DNA of 64,000 nt, from assembly GCF_009914755.1 (NCBI RefSeq), contig NC_060925.1; one strand, given 5' to 3'. Positions 43,159-58,100 of the stretch are shown piece by piece. The position numbers were made by a program, and so were the translations under genes. The stretch's first letter is position 1. Every line of letters starts with the position of its first letter. The notes beneath the pieces are model-generated. The model saw nothing but the letters and a program-made list of their open reading frames with translations. It made no database searches and had not been told where the DNA came from. Origin of the DNA: the human T2T-CHM13v2.0 reference genome, Homo sapiens.

Positions 43159-44934
43159 ATGAAATTGAAATGGATGGACTCATCATCGAATGGATTCGAA
43201 TGGAATCATCGAATAAAATTGATTGAAATCATCATCAAATGGAATCGAATGGTATCATTGAATGGAATCGAATGGAATCATCATCAGATGGAAATGAATG
43301 GAATCGTCATAGAATGGAATCGAATGGATTCATTGAATGGAATCAGATGGAATCATCGAATGGACTGGAATGGAATCATTGAATGGACTCGAAAGGGATC
43401 ATGATTGAATGGAATTGAATGGAATCATCGAATGGTCTCGATTGGAATCATTATCAAATGGAATCGAATGGAATCATCGAATAGAATCAAATGGAACAAT
43501 CATCGAATGGAATCAAATGGAATTATCCTCAAATGGAATCGAATGGAATTATCGAATGCAATCGAATGGAATTATCGAATGCAATCGAATAGAATCATCG
43601 AATGGACTCGAATGGAATCATCGAATGGAATGGAATGGAACAGTCAATGAACTCGAATGGAATCATCATTGAATGGAATCGAATGGAATCATCGAGTGGA
43701 ATCGAATGGAATTATGATCAAATGGAATCGAATGTAATCATCATCAAATGGAATCAAAAATAACCATCATCAATTGGTATTGAATGGAATTGTCATCAAA
43801 TGGAATTCAAAGGAATCATCATCAAATGGAACCGAATGGAATCCTCATTGAATGGAAATGAAAGGGGTCATCATCTAATGGAATCGCATGGAATCATCAT
43901 CAAATGGAATCGAATGGAATCATCATCAAATGGAATCTAATGGAATCATTGAACAGAATTGAATGGAATCGTCATCGAATGAATTGAATGCAATCATCGA
44001 ATGGTCTCGAATGGAATCATCTTCTAATGGAAAGGAATGGAATCATCGCATAGAATCGAATGGAATTATCATCGAATGGAATCGAATGGTATCAACACCA
44101 AACGGAAAAAAACGGAATTATCGAATGGAATCGAAGAGAATCTTCGAACGGACCCGAATGGAATCATCTAATGGAATGGAATGGAATAATCCATGGACTC
44201 GAATGCAATCATCATCGAATGGAATCGAATGGAATCATCGAATGGACTCGAATGGAATAATCATTGAACGGAATCGAATGGAATCATCATCGGATGGAAA
44301 CGAATGGAATCATGATCGAATGGAAATGAAAGGAGTCATCATCTAATGGAATTGCATGGAATCATCATAAAATGGAATCGAATGGAATCAACATCAAATG
44401 GAATCAAATGGAATCATTGAACGGAATTGAATGGGATCGTCATCGAATGAATTGACTGCAATCATCGAATGGTCCCGAATGGAATCATCTTCAAATGGAA
44501 TGGAATGGAATCATCGCATAGAATCGAATGGAATTATCATCGAATGGAATCGAATGGAATCAACATCAAACGGAAAAAAACGGAATTATCGAATGGAATC
44601 GAAGAGAATCATCGAATGGACCCGAATGGAATCATCTAATGGAATGGAATGGAATAATCCATGGACTCGAATGCAATCATCATCGAATGGAATCGAATGA
44701 AATCATCGAATGGACTCGAATGGAATAATCATTGAACGGAATCGAATGGAATCATCATCGGATGGAAATGAATGGAATCATCATCGAATGGAATCGAATA
44801 GAATTATGGAATGAAATCCAGTGTGATCATCATCGAATGGACCCGAATGGAATCATCATCCAACGGAAGCTAATGGAATCAACATCAAATGAATCGAATG
44901 GAAACACCATCGAATTGAAACGAATGGAATTATC
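43159..44934. repeat. Representative canonical 1776-bp HSat2 unit (core plus two 468-bp modules)
   Basis: Landmark starts at 43159 and 44935 are 1776 bp apart, and module anchors at 43963 and 44431 are 468 bp apart. The same spacing occurs at 44935-46711, 48536-50312-52088-53864, 55639-57415-59191 and 61435-63211. Confidence 0.93.
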
Positions 44935-47889
44935 ATGAAATTGAAATGGATGGACTCATCATCGAATGGATTCGAATGGAATCATCGAATAAAATTGATT
45001 GAAATCATCATCCAATGGAATCGAATGGTATCATTGAATGGAATCGAATGGAATCATCATCAGATGGAAATGAATGGAATCGTCATAGAATGGAATCGAA
45101 TGGATTCATTGAATGGAATCAGATGGAATCATCGAATGGACTGGAATGGAATCATTGAATGGACTCAAAAGGGATCATTATTGAATGGAATTGAATGGAA
45201 TCAACGAATGGTCTCGATTGGAATCATTATCAAATGGAATCGAATGGAATCACCGAATAGAATCGAATGGAACAATCATCGAATGGACTCAAATGGAATT
45301 ATCCTCCAATGGAATCGAATGGAATTATCGAATGCAATCGAATGGAATTATCGAATGCAATCGAATAGAATCATCAAATGGACTCGAATGGAATCATCGA
45401 ATGGAAAGGAATGGAACAGTCAATGAACTCGAATGGAATAATCATTGAATGGAATCGAATGGAATCATCGAGTGGAATCGAATGGAATTATGATCAAATG
45501 GAATCGAATGTAATCATCATCAAATGGAATCAAAAATAACCATCATCAATTGGTATTGAATGGAATTGTCATCAAATGGAATTCAAAGGAATCATCATCA
45601 AATGGAACCGAATGGAATCCTCATTGAATGGAAATGAAAGGGGTCATCATCTAATGGAATCGCATGGAATCATCATCAAATGGAATCGAATGGAATCATC
45701 ATCGAATGGAATCTAATGGAATCATTGAACAGAATTGAATGGAATCGTCATCGAATGAGTTGAATGCAATCATCGAATGGTCTCGAATGGAATCATCTTC
45801 TAATGGAAAGGAATGGAATCATCGCATAGAATCGAATGGAATTATCATCGAATGGAATCGAATGGTATCAACACCAAACGGAAAAAAACGGAATTATCGA
45901 ATGGAATCGAAGAGAATCTTCGAACGGACCCGAATGGAATCATCTAATGGAATGGAATGGAATAATCCATGGACTCGAATGCAATCATCATCGAATGGAA
46001 TCGAATGGAATCATCGAATGGACTCGAATGGAATAATCATTGAACGGAATCGAATGGAATCATCATCGGATGGAAACGAATGGAATCATCATCGAATGGA
46101 AATGAAAGGAGTCATCATCTAATGGAATTGCATGGAATCATCATAAAATGGAATCGAATGGAATCAACATCAAATGGAATCAAATGGAATCATTGAACGG
46201 AATTGAATGGAATCGTCATCGAATGAATTGACTGCAATCATCGAATGCTCTCGAATGGAATCATCTTCAAATGGAATGGAATGGAATCATCGCATACAAT
46301 CGAATGGAATTATCATCGAATGGAATCGAATGGAATCAACATCAAACGGAAAAAAACAGAATTATCGTATGGAATCGAAGAGAATCATCGAATGGACCCG
46401 AATGGAATCATCTAATGGAATGGAATGGAATAATCCATGGACTCGAATGCAATCATCATCGAATGGAATCGAATGGAATCATCAAATGGACTCGAATGGA
46501 ATAAACATTGAACGGAATCGAATGGAATCATCATCGGATGGAAATGAATGGAATCATCATCGAATGGAATCGAATAGAATTATGGAATGAAATCCAGTGT
46601 GATCATCATCGAATGGACCCGAATGGAATCATCATCCAACGGAAGCTAATGGAATCAACATCGAATGAATCGAATGGAAACACCATCGAATTGAAACGAA
46701 TGGAATTATCATGAAATTGAAATGGATGGACTCATCATCGAATGGATTCGAATGGAATCATCGAATAAAATTGATTGAAATCATCATCGAATGGAATCGA
46801 ATGGTATCATTGAATGGAATCGAATGGAATCATCATCAGATGGAAATGAATGGAATCGTCATAGAATGGAATCGAATGGATTCATTGAATGGAATCAGAT
46901 GGAATCATCGAATGGACTGGAATGGAATCATTGAATGGACTCGAAAGGGATCATTGTTGAATGGAATTGAATGGAATCATCGAATGGTCTCGATTGGAAT
47001 CATTATCAAATGGAATCGAATGGAATCACCGAATAGAATCAAATGGAACAATCATCGAATGGACTCAAATGGAATTATCCTCAAATGGAATCGAATGGAA
47101 TTATCGAATACAATCGAATGGAATTATGGAATGCAATCGAATAGAATCATCGAATGGACTCGAATGGAATCATCGAATGGACTGGAATGGAACAGTCAAT
47201 GAACTCGAATGGAATCATCATTGAATGGAATCGAATGGAATCATCGAGTGGAATCGAATGGAATTATGATCAAATGGAATCGAATGTAATCATCATCAAA
47301 TGGAATCAAAAATAACCATCATCAATTGGTATTGAATGGAATTGTCATCAAATGGAATTCAAAGGAATCATCATCAAATGGAACCGAATGGAGTCCTCAT
47401 TGAATGGAAATGAAAGGGGTCATCATCTAATGGAATCGCATGGAATCATCATCAAATGGAATCGAATGGAATCATCATCAAATGGAATCTAATGGAATCA
47501 TTGAACAGAATTGAATGGAATCGTCATCGAATGAATTGAATGCAATCATCGAATGGTCTCGAATGGAATCATCTTCTAATGGAAAGGAATGGAATCATCG
47601 CATAGAATCGAATGGAATTATCATCGAATGGAATCGAATGGTATCAACACCAAACGGAAAAAAGCGGAATTATCGAATGGAATCGAAGAGAATCTTCGAA
47701 CGGACCCGAATGGAATCATCTAATGGAATGGAATGGAATAATCCATGGACTCGAATGCAATCATCATCGAATGGAATCGAATGGAATCATCGAATGGACT
47801 CGAATGGAATAATCATTGAACGGAATCAAATGGAATCATCATCGGATGGAAACGAATGGAATCATCATCGAATGGAAATGAAAGGAGTC

Positions 47890-50800
47890 ATCATCTAATG
47901 GAATTGCATGGAATCATCATAAAATGGAATCGAATGGAATCAACATCAAATGGAATCAAATGGAATCATTGAACGGAATTGAATGGAATCGTCATCGAAT
48001 GAATTGACTGCAATCATCGAATGGTCTCGAATGGAATCATCTTCAAATGGAATGGAATGGAATCATCGCATAGAATCGAATGGAATTATCATCGAATGGA
48101 ATCGAATGGAATCATCGCATAGAATCGAATGGAATTATCATCGAATGGAATCGAATGGAATCAATATCAAACGGAAAAAAACAGAATTATCGTATGGAAT
48201 CGAAGAGAATCATCGAATGGACCCGAATGGAATCATCTAATGGAATGGAATGGAATAATCCATGGACTCGAATGCAATCATCATTGAATGGAATCGAATG
48301 GAATCATCGAATGGACTCGAATGGAATAATCATTGAACGGAATCGAATGGAATCATCATCGGATGGAAATGAATGGAATCATCATCGAATGGAATCGAAT
48401 AGAATTATGGAATGAAATCCAGTGTGATCATCATAGAATGGACCCGAATGTAATCATCATCCAACGGAAGCTAATGGAATCAACATCGAATGAATCGAAT
48501 GGAAACACCATCGAATTGAAACGAATGGAATTATCATGAAATTGAAATGGATGGACTCATCATCGAATGGATTCGAATGGAATCATCGAATAAAATTGAT
48601 TGAAATCATCATCAAATGGAATCGAATGGTATCATTGAATGGAATCGAATGGAATCATCATCAGATGGAAATGAAAGGAATCGTCATAGAATGGAATCGA
48701 ATGGATTCATTGAATGGAATCAGATGGAATCATCGAATGGACTGGAATGGAATCATTGAATGGACTCGAAAGGGATCATGATTGAATGGAATTGAATGGA
48801 ATCATCGAATGGTCTCGATTGGAATCATTATCAAATGGAATCGAATGGAATCATCGAATAGAATCAAATGGAACAATCATCGAATGGACTCAAATGGAAT
48901 TATCCTCAAATGGAATCGAATGGAATTATCGAATGCAATCGAATGGAATTATCGAATGCAATCGAATAGAATCATCGAATGGACTCGAATGGAATCATCG
49001 AATGGAATGGAATGGAACAGTCAATGAACTCGAATGGAATCATCATTGAATGGAATCGAATGGAATCATCGAGTGGAATCGAATGGAATTATGATCAAAT
49101 GGAATCGAATGTAATCATCATCAAATGGAATCAAAAATAACCATCATCAATTGGTATTGAATGGAATTGTCATCAAATGGAATTCAAAGGAATCATCATC
49201 AAATGGAACCGAATGGAATCCTCATTGAATGGAAATGAAAGGGGTCATCATCTAATGGAATCGCATGGAATCATCATCAAATGGAATCGAATGGAATCAT
49301 CATCAAATGGAATCTAATGGAATCATTGAACAGAATTGAATGGAATCGTCATCGAATGAATTGAATGCAATCATCGAATGGTCTCGAATGGAATCATCTT
49401 CTAATGGAAAGGAATGGAATCATCGCATAGAATCGAATGGAATTATCATCGAATGGAATCGAATGGTATCAACACCAAACGGAAAAAAACGGAATTATCG
49501 AATGGAATCGAAGAGAATCTTCGAACGGACCCGAATGGAATCATCTAATGGAATGGAATGGAATAATCCATGGACTCGAATGCAATCATCATCGAATGGA
49601 ATCGAATGGAATCATCGAATGGACTCGAATGGAATAATCATTGAACGGAATCGAATGGAATCATCATCGGATGGAAACGAATGGAATCATGATCGAATGG
49701 AAATGAAAGGAGTCATCATCTAATGGAATTGCATGGAATCATCATAAAATGGAATCGAATGGAATCAACATCAAATGGAATCAAATGGAATCATTGAACG
49801 GAATTGAATGGGATCGTCATCGAATGAATTGACTGCAATCATCGAATGGTCCCGAATGGAATCATCTTCAAATGGAATGGAATGGAATCATCGCATAGAA
49901 TCGAATGGAATTATCATCGAATGGAATCGAATGGAATCAACATCAAACGGAAAAAAACGGAATTATCGAATGGAATCGAAGAGAATCATCGAATGGACCC
50001 GAATGGAATCATCTAATGGAATGGAATGGAATAATCCATGGACTCGAATGCAATCATCATCGAATGGAATCGAATGGAATCATCGAATGGACTCGAATGG
50101 AATAATCATTGAACGGAATCGAATGGAATCATCATCGGATGGAAATGAATGGAATCATCATCGAATGGAATCGAATAGAATTATGGAATGAAATCCAGTG
50201 TGATCATCATCGAATGGACCCGAATGGAATCATCATCCAACGGAAGCTAATGGAATCAACATCGAATGAATCGAATGGAAACACCATCGAATTGAAACGA
50301 ATGGAATTATCATGAAATTGAAATGGATGCACTCATCATCGAATGGATTCGAATGGAATCATCGAATAAAATTGATTGAAATCATCATCCAATGGAATCG
50401 AATGGTATCATTGAATGGAATCGAATGGAATCATCATCAGATGGAAATGAATGGAATCGTCATAGAATGGAATCGAATGGATTCATTGAATGGAATCAGA
50501 TGGAATCATCGAATGGACTGGAATGGAATCATTGAATGGACTCAAAAGGGATCATGATTGAATGGAATTGAATGGAATCATCGAATGGTCTCGATTGGAA
50601 TCATTATCAAATGGAATCGAATGGAATCACCGAATAGAATCGAATGGAACAATCATCGAATGGACTCAAATGGAATTATCCTCCAATGGAATCGAATGGA
50701 ATTATCGAATGCAATCGAATGGAATTATCGAATGCAATCGAATAGAATCATCAAATGGACTCGAATGGAATCATCGAATGGAAAGGAATGGAACAGTCAA

Positions 50801-52160
50801 TGAACTCGAATGGAATAATCATTGAATGGAATCGAATGGAATCATCGAGTGGAATCGAATGGAATTATGATCAAATGGAATAGAATGTAATCATCATCAA
50901 ATGGAATCAAAAATAACCATCATCAATTGGTATTGAATGGAATTGTCATCAAATGGAATTCAAAGGAATCATCATCTAATGGAACCGAATGGAATCCTCA
51001 TTGAATGGAAATGAAAGGGGTCATCATCTAATGGAATCGCATGGAATCATCATCAAATGGAATCGAATGGAATCATCATCAAATGGAATCTAATGGAATC
51101 ATTGAACAGAATTGAATGGAATCGTCATCGAATGAGTTGAATGCAATCATCGAATGGTCTCGAATGGAATCATCTTCTAATGGAAAGGAATGGAATCATC
51201 GCATAGAATCGAATGGAATTATCATCGAATGGAATCGAATGGTATCAACACCAAACGGAAAAAAACGGAATTATCGAATGGAATCGAAGAGAATCTTCGA
51301 ACGGACCCGAATGGAATCATCTAATGGAATGGAATGGAATAATCCATGGACTCGAATGCAATCATCATCGAATGGAATCGAATGGAATCATCGAATGGAC
51401 TCGAATGGAATAATCATTGAACGGAATCGAATGGAATCATCATCGGATGGAAACGAATGGAATCATCATCGAATGGAAATGAAAGGAGTCATCATCTAAT
51501 GGAATTGCATGGAATCATCATAAAATGGAATCGAATGGAATCAACATCAAATGGAATCAAATGGAATCATTGAACGGAATTGAATGGAATCGTCATCGAA
51601 TGAATTGACTGCAATCATCGAATGCTCTCGAATGGAATCATCTTCAAATGGAATGGAATGGAATCATCGCATACAATCGAATGGAATTATCATCGAATGG
51701 AATCGAATGGAATCAACATCAAACGGAAAAAAACAGAATTATCGTATGGAATCGAAGAGAATCATCGAATGGACCCGAATGGAATCATCTAATGGAATGG
51801 AATGGAATAATCCATGGACTCGAATGCAATCATCATCGAATGGAATCGAATGGAATCATCGAATGGACTCGAATGGAATAAACATTGAACGGAATCGAAT
51901 GGAATCATCATCGGATGGAAATGAATGGAATCATCATCGAATGGAATCGAATAGAATTATGGAATGAAATCCAGTGTGATCATCATCGAATGGACCCGAA
52001 TGGAATCATCATCCAACGGAAGCTAATGGAATCAACATCGAATGAATCGAATGGAAACACCATCGAATTGAAACGAATGGAATTATCATGAAATTGAAAT
52101 GGATGGACTCATCATCGAATGGATTCGAATGGAATCATCGAATAAAATTGATTGAAATCA
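47890..52160. repeat. Close copy of ~42510-46780 (offset 5,377 bp = 1825+1776+1776)
   Basis: Anchors 42606/47983, 43159/48536, 44431/49808 and 46207/51584 all differ by 5377. Shared variants include the 49-bp duplication, CATGATCG, ATGGGATCG, GGTCCCG, GAATGAGTTG, CGCATACAATC and ATAAACATTG. Confidence 0.87.
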
Positions 52161-55100
52161 TCATCCAATGGAATCGAATGGTATCATTGAATGGAATCGA
52201 AAGGAATTATCATCAGATGGAAATGAATGGAATCGTCATAGAATGGAATCGAATGGATTCATTGAATGGAATCAGATGGAATCATCGAATGGACTGGAAT
52301 GGAATCATTGAATGGACTCGAAAGGGATCATGATTGAATGGAACTGAATGGAATCATCGAATGGTCTCGATTGGAATCATTATCAAATGGAATCGAATGG
52401 AATCACCGAATAGAATCGAATGGAACAATCATCGAATGGACTCAAATGGAATTATCCTCCAATGGAATCGAATGGAATTATCGAATGCAATCGAATGGAA
52501 TTATCGAATGCAATCGAATAGAATCATCAAATGGACTCGAAGGGAATCATCGAATGGAGTGGAATGGAACAGTCAATGAACTCGAATGGAATCATCATTG
52601 AATGGAATCGAATGGAATCATCGAGTGGAATCGAATGGAATTATGATCAAATGGAATCGAATGTAATCATCATCAAATGGAATCAAAAATAACCATCATC
52701 AATTGGTATTGAATGGAATTGTCATCAAATGGAATTCAAAGGAATCATCATCAAATGGAACCGAATGGAATCCTCATTGAATGGAAATGAAAGGGGTCAT
52801 CATCTAATGGAATCGCATGGAATCATCATCAAATGGAATCGAATGGAATCATCATCAAATGGAATCTAATGGAATCATTGAACAGAATTGAATGGAATCG
52901 TCATCGAATGAATTGAATGCAATCATCGAATGGTCTCGAATGGAATCATCTTCTAATGGAAAGGAATGGAATCATCGCATAGAATCGAATGGAATTATCA
53001 TCGAATGGAATCGAATGGTATCAACACCAAACGGAAAAAAACGGAATTATCGAATGGAATCGAAGAGAATCTACGAACGGACCCGAATGGAATCATCTAA
53101 TGGAATGGAACGGAATAATCCATGGACTCGAATGCAATCATCATCGAATGGAATCGAACGGAATCATCGAATGGACTCGAATGGAATAATCATTGAACGG
53201 AATCGAATGGAATCATCATCAGATGGAAACGAATGGAATCATCATCGAATGGAAATAAAAGGAGTCATCATCTAATGGAATTGCATGGAATCATCATAAA
53301 ATGGAATCGAATGGAATCAACATCAAATGGAATCAAATGGAATCATTGAACGGAATTGAATGGAATCGTCATCGAATGAATTGAATGCAATCATCGAATG
53401 GTCTCGAATGGAATCATCTTCAAATGGAATGGAATGGAATCATCGCATAGAATCGAATGGAATTATCATCGAATGGAATCGAATGGAGTCAACATCAAAC
53501 GGAAAAAAACGGAATTATCGAATGGAATCGAAGAGAATCATCGAATGGACCCGAATGGAATCATCTAATGGAATGGAAAGGAATAATCCATGGACTCGAA
53601 TGCAATCATCATCGAATGGAATCGAATGGAATCATCGAATGGACTCGAATGAAATAATCATTGAACGGAATCGAATGGAATCATCATCGGATGGAAATGA
53701 ATGGAATCACCATCGAATGGAATCGAATAGAATTATGGAATGAAATCCAGTGTGATCATCATCGAATGGACCCGATTGGAATCATCATCCAACGGAAGCT
53801 AATGGAATCAACATCGAATGAATCAAATGGAAACACCATCGAATTGAAACGAATGGAATTACCATGAAATTGAAATGGTGGATTCATCATCGAATGGATT
53901 CGAATGGAATCATCGAATAAAATTGATTGAAATCATCATCCAATGGAATCGAATGGTATCATTGAATGGAATCGAAAGGAATCATCATCAGATGGAAATG
54001 AATGGAATCGTCATAGAATGGAATCGAATGGATTCATTGAATGGAATCAGATGGAATCATCGAATGGACTGGAATGGAATCATTGAATGGACTCGAAAGG
54101 GATCATGATTGAATGGAATTGAATGGAATCATCGAATGGTCTCGATTGGAATCATTATCAAATGGAATCGAATGGAATCACTGAATAGAATCGAATGGAA
54201 CAATCATCGAATGGACTCAAATGGAATTATCCTCCAATGGAATCGAATGGAATTATCGAATGCAATCGAATGGAATTATCGAATGCAATCGAATAGAATC
54301 ATCGAATGGACTCGAATGGAATCATCGAATGGAATGGAATGGAACAGTCAATGAACTCCAATGGAATCATCATTGAATGGAATCGAATGGAATCATCGAG
54401 TGGAATCGAATGGAAATATGATCAAATGGAATTGAATATAATCATCATCAAATGGAATCAAAAATAACCATAATCAATTGGTATTGAATGGAATTCTCAT
54501 CAAATGGAATTCAAAGGAATCATCATCAAATGGAACTGAATGGAATCCTCATTGAATGGAAATGAAAGGGGTCATCATCTAATGGAATCGCATGGAATCA
54601 TCATCAAATGGAATCGAATGGAATCATCATCAAATGGAATCTGATGGAATCATTGAACAGAATTGAATGGAATCGTCATCGAATGAATTGAATGCAATCA
54701 TCGAATGGTCTCGAATGTAATCACATTCTAATGGAAAGGAATGGAATCATCGCATAGAATCGAATGGAATTATCATCGAATGGAATCGAATGGTATCAAC
54801 ACCAAACGGAAAAAAACGGAATTATCGAATGGAATCGAAGAGAATCTTCGAACGGACCCGAATGGAATCATCTAATGGAATGGAATGGAATAATCCATGG
54901 ACTCGAATGCAATCATCATCGAATGGAATCGAATGGAATCATCGAATGGACTCGAATGGAATAATCATTGAACGGAATCGAATGGAATCATCATCGGATG
55001 GAAACGAATGGAATCATCATCGAATGGAAATGAAAGGAGTCATCATCTAATGGAATTGCATGGAATCATCATAAAATGGAATCGAATGGAATCAACATCA

Positions 55101-58100
55101 AATGGAATCAAATGGAATCATTGAACGGAATTGAATGGAATCGTCATCGAATGAATTGACTGCAATCATCGAATGGTCTCGAATGGAATCATCTTCAAAT
55201 GGAATGGAATGGAATCATCGCATAGAATCGAATGGAATTATCATCGAATGGAATCGAATGGAATCAACATCAAACGGAAAAAAACGGAATTATCGAATGG
55301 AATCGAAGAGAATCATCGAATGGACCCGAATGGAATCATCTAATGGAATGGAATGGAATAATCCATGGACTCGAATGCAATCATCATCGAATGGAATCGA
55401 ATGGAATCATCGAATGGATTCGAATGGAATAATCATTGAACGGAATCGAATGGAATCATCATCGGATGGAAACGAATGGAATCATCATCGAATGGAATCG
55501 AATAGAATTATGGAATGAAATCCAGTGTGATCATCATCGAATGGACCCGAATGGAATCATCATCCAACGGAAGCTAATGGAATCAACATCGAATGAATCA
55601 AATGGAAACACCATCGAATTGAAACGAATGGAATTACCATGAAATTGAAATGGATGGACTCATCATCAAATGGATTCGAGTGGAATCATCGAATAAAATT
55701 GATTGAAATCATCATCGAATGGAATCGAATGGTATCATTGAATGGAATCGAATGGAATCATCATCAGATGGAAATGAAAGGAATCGTCATAGAATGGAAT
55801 CGAATGGATTCATTGAATGGAATCAGATGGAATCATTGAATGGACTGGAATGGAATCATTGAATGGACTCGAAAGGGATCATGATTGAATGGAATTGAAT
55901 GGAGTCATCGAATGGTCTCGATTGGAATCATTATCAAATGGAATCGAATGGAATCACCGAATAGAATCGAATGGAACAATCATCGAATGGACTCAAATGG
56001 AATTATCCTCCAATGGAATCGAATGGAATTATCAAATGCAATCGAATGGAATTATCGAATGCAATCGAATAGAATCATCGAATGGACTCGAATGGAATCA
56101 TCGAATGGAATGGAATGGAACAGTCAATGAACTCGTATGGAATCATCATTGAATGGAATCGAATGGAATCATCGAGTGGAATCGAATGGAATTATGATCA
56201 AATGGAATCGAATGTAATCATCATCAAATGGAATCAAAAATAACCATCATCAATTGGTATTGAATGGAATTGTCATCAAATGGAATTCAAAGGAATCATC
56301 ATCAAATGGAACCGAATGGAATCCTCATTGAATGGAAATGAAAGGGGTCATCATCTAATGGAATCGCATGGAATCTTCATTAAATGGAATCGAATGGAAT
56401 CATCATCAAATGGAATCTAATGGAATCATTGAACAGAATTGAATGGAATCGTCATCGAATGAATTGAATGCAATCATCGAATGGTCTCGAATGGAATCAT
56501 CTTCTAATGGAAAGGAATGGAATCATCGCATAGAATCGAATGGAATTAACATTGAATGGACTCGAATGGAATCAACATCAAATGGAATCAAGCGGAATTA
56601 TCGAATGAAATCGAAGAGAATCATCGAATCGACTCGAATGGAATCATCTAATGGAATGGAATGGAATAATCCACGGACTCGAATGCAATCATCATCGTAT
56701 AGAATCGAATGGAATCATCGAATGGACTCGAATGGAATAATCATTGAACGGAATCGAATGGAATCATCATCGGATGGAAAGGAATGGAATCATCATCGAA
56801 TGGAAATGTAAGGAGTCATCATCTAATGGAATTGCATGGAATCATCATAAAATAGAATCGAATGGAATCATCATCAAATGGAATCAAATGGAATCATTGA
56901 ACGGAATTGAATGGAATCGTCATCGAATGAATTGAATGCAATCATCGAATGGTCTCGAATGGAATCATCTTCAAATGGAATGGAATGGAATCATCGCATA
57001 GAATCGAATGGAATTATCATCGAATGGAATCGAATGGTATCAACATCAAACGGAAAAAAACGGAATTATCGAATGGAATCGAAGAGAATCTTCGAACGGA
57101 CCCGAATGGAATCATCTAATGGAATGGAATGGAATAATCCATGGACTCGAATGCAATCATCATCGAATGGAATCGAATGGAATCATTGAATGGACTCGAA
57201 TGGAATAATCATTGAACGGAATCGAATGGAATCATCATCGGATGGAAATGAATGGAATCATCATCGAATGGAATCGAATAGAATTATGGAATGAAATCCA
57301 GTGTGATCATCATCGAATGGAGCCGAATGGAATCATCATCCAACGGAAGCTAATGGAATCAACATCGAATGAATCGAATGGAAACACCATCGAATTGAAA
57401 CGAATGGAATTATCATGAAATTGAAATGGATGGACTCATCATCGAATGGATTCGAATGGAATCATCGAATAAAATTGATTGAAATCATCATCGAAAGGAA
57501 TCGAATGGTATCATTGAATGGAATCGAATGGAATCATCATCAGATGGAAATGAATGGAATCTTCATAGAATGGAATCGAATGGATTCATTGAATAGAATC
57601 AGATGGAATCATCGAATGGACTGGAATGGAATCATTGAATGGACTCGAAAGGGATCATTATTGAATGGAATTGAATGGAATCATCGAATGGTCTCGATTG
57701 GAATCATTATCAAATGGAATCGAATGGAATCACCGAATAGAATCGAATGGAACAATCATCGAATGGACTCAAATGGAATTATCCTCAAATGGAATCGAAT
57801 GGAATTATCGAATGCAATCGAATGGAATTATCGAATGCAATCGAATAGAATCATCGAAAGGACTCGAATGGAATCATCGAATGGAATGGAATGGAACAGT
57901 CAATGAACTCGAATGGAATCATCATTGAATGGAATCGAATGGAATCATCGAGTGGAATCGAATGGAATTATGATCAAATGGAATCGAATGTAATCATCAT
58001 CAAATGGAATCAAAAATAACCATCATCAATTGGTATTGAATGGAATTGTCATCAAATGGAATTCAAAGGAATCATCATCAAATGGAACCGAATGGAATCC

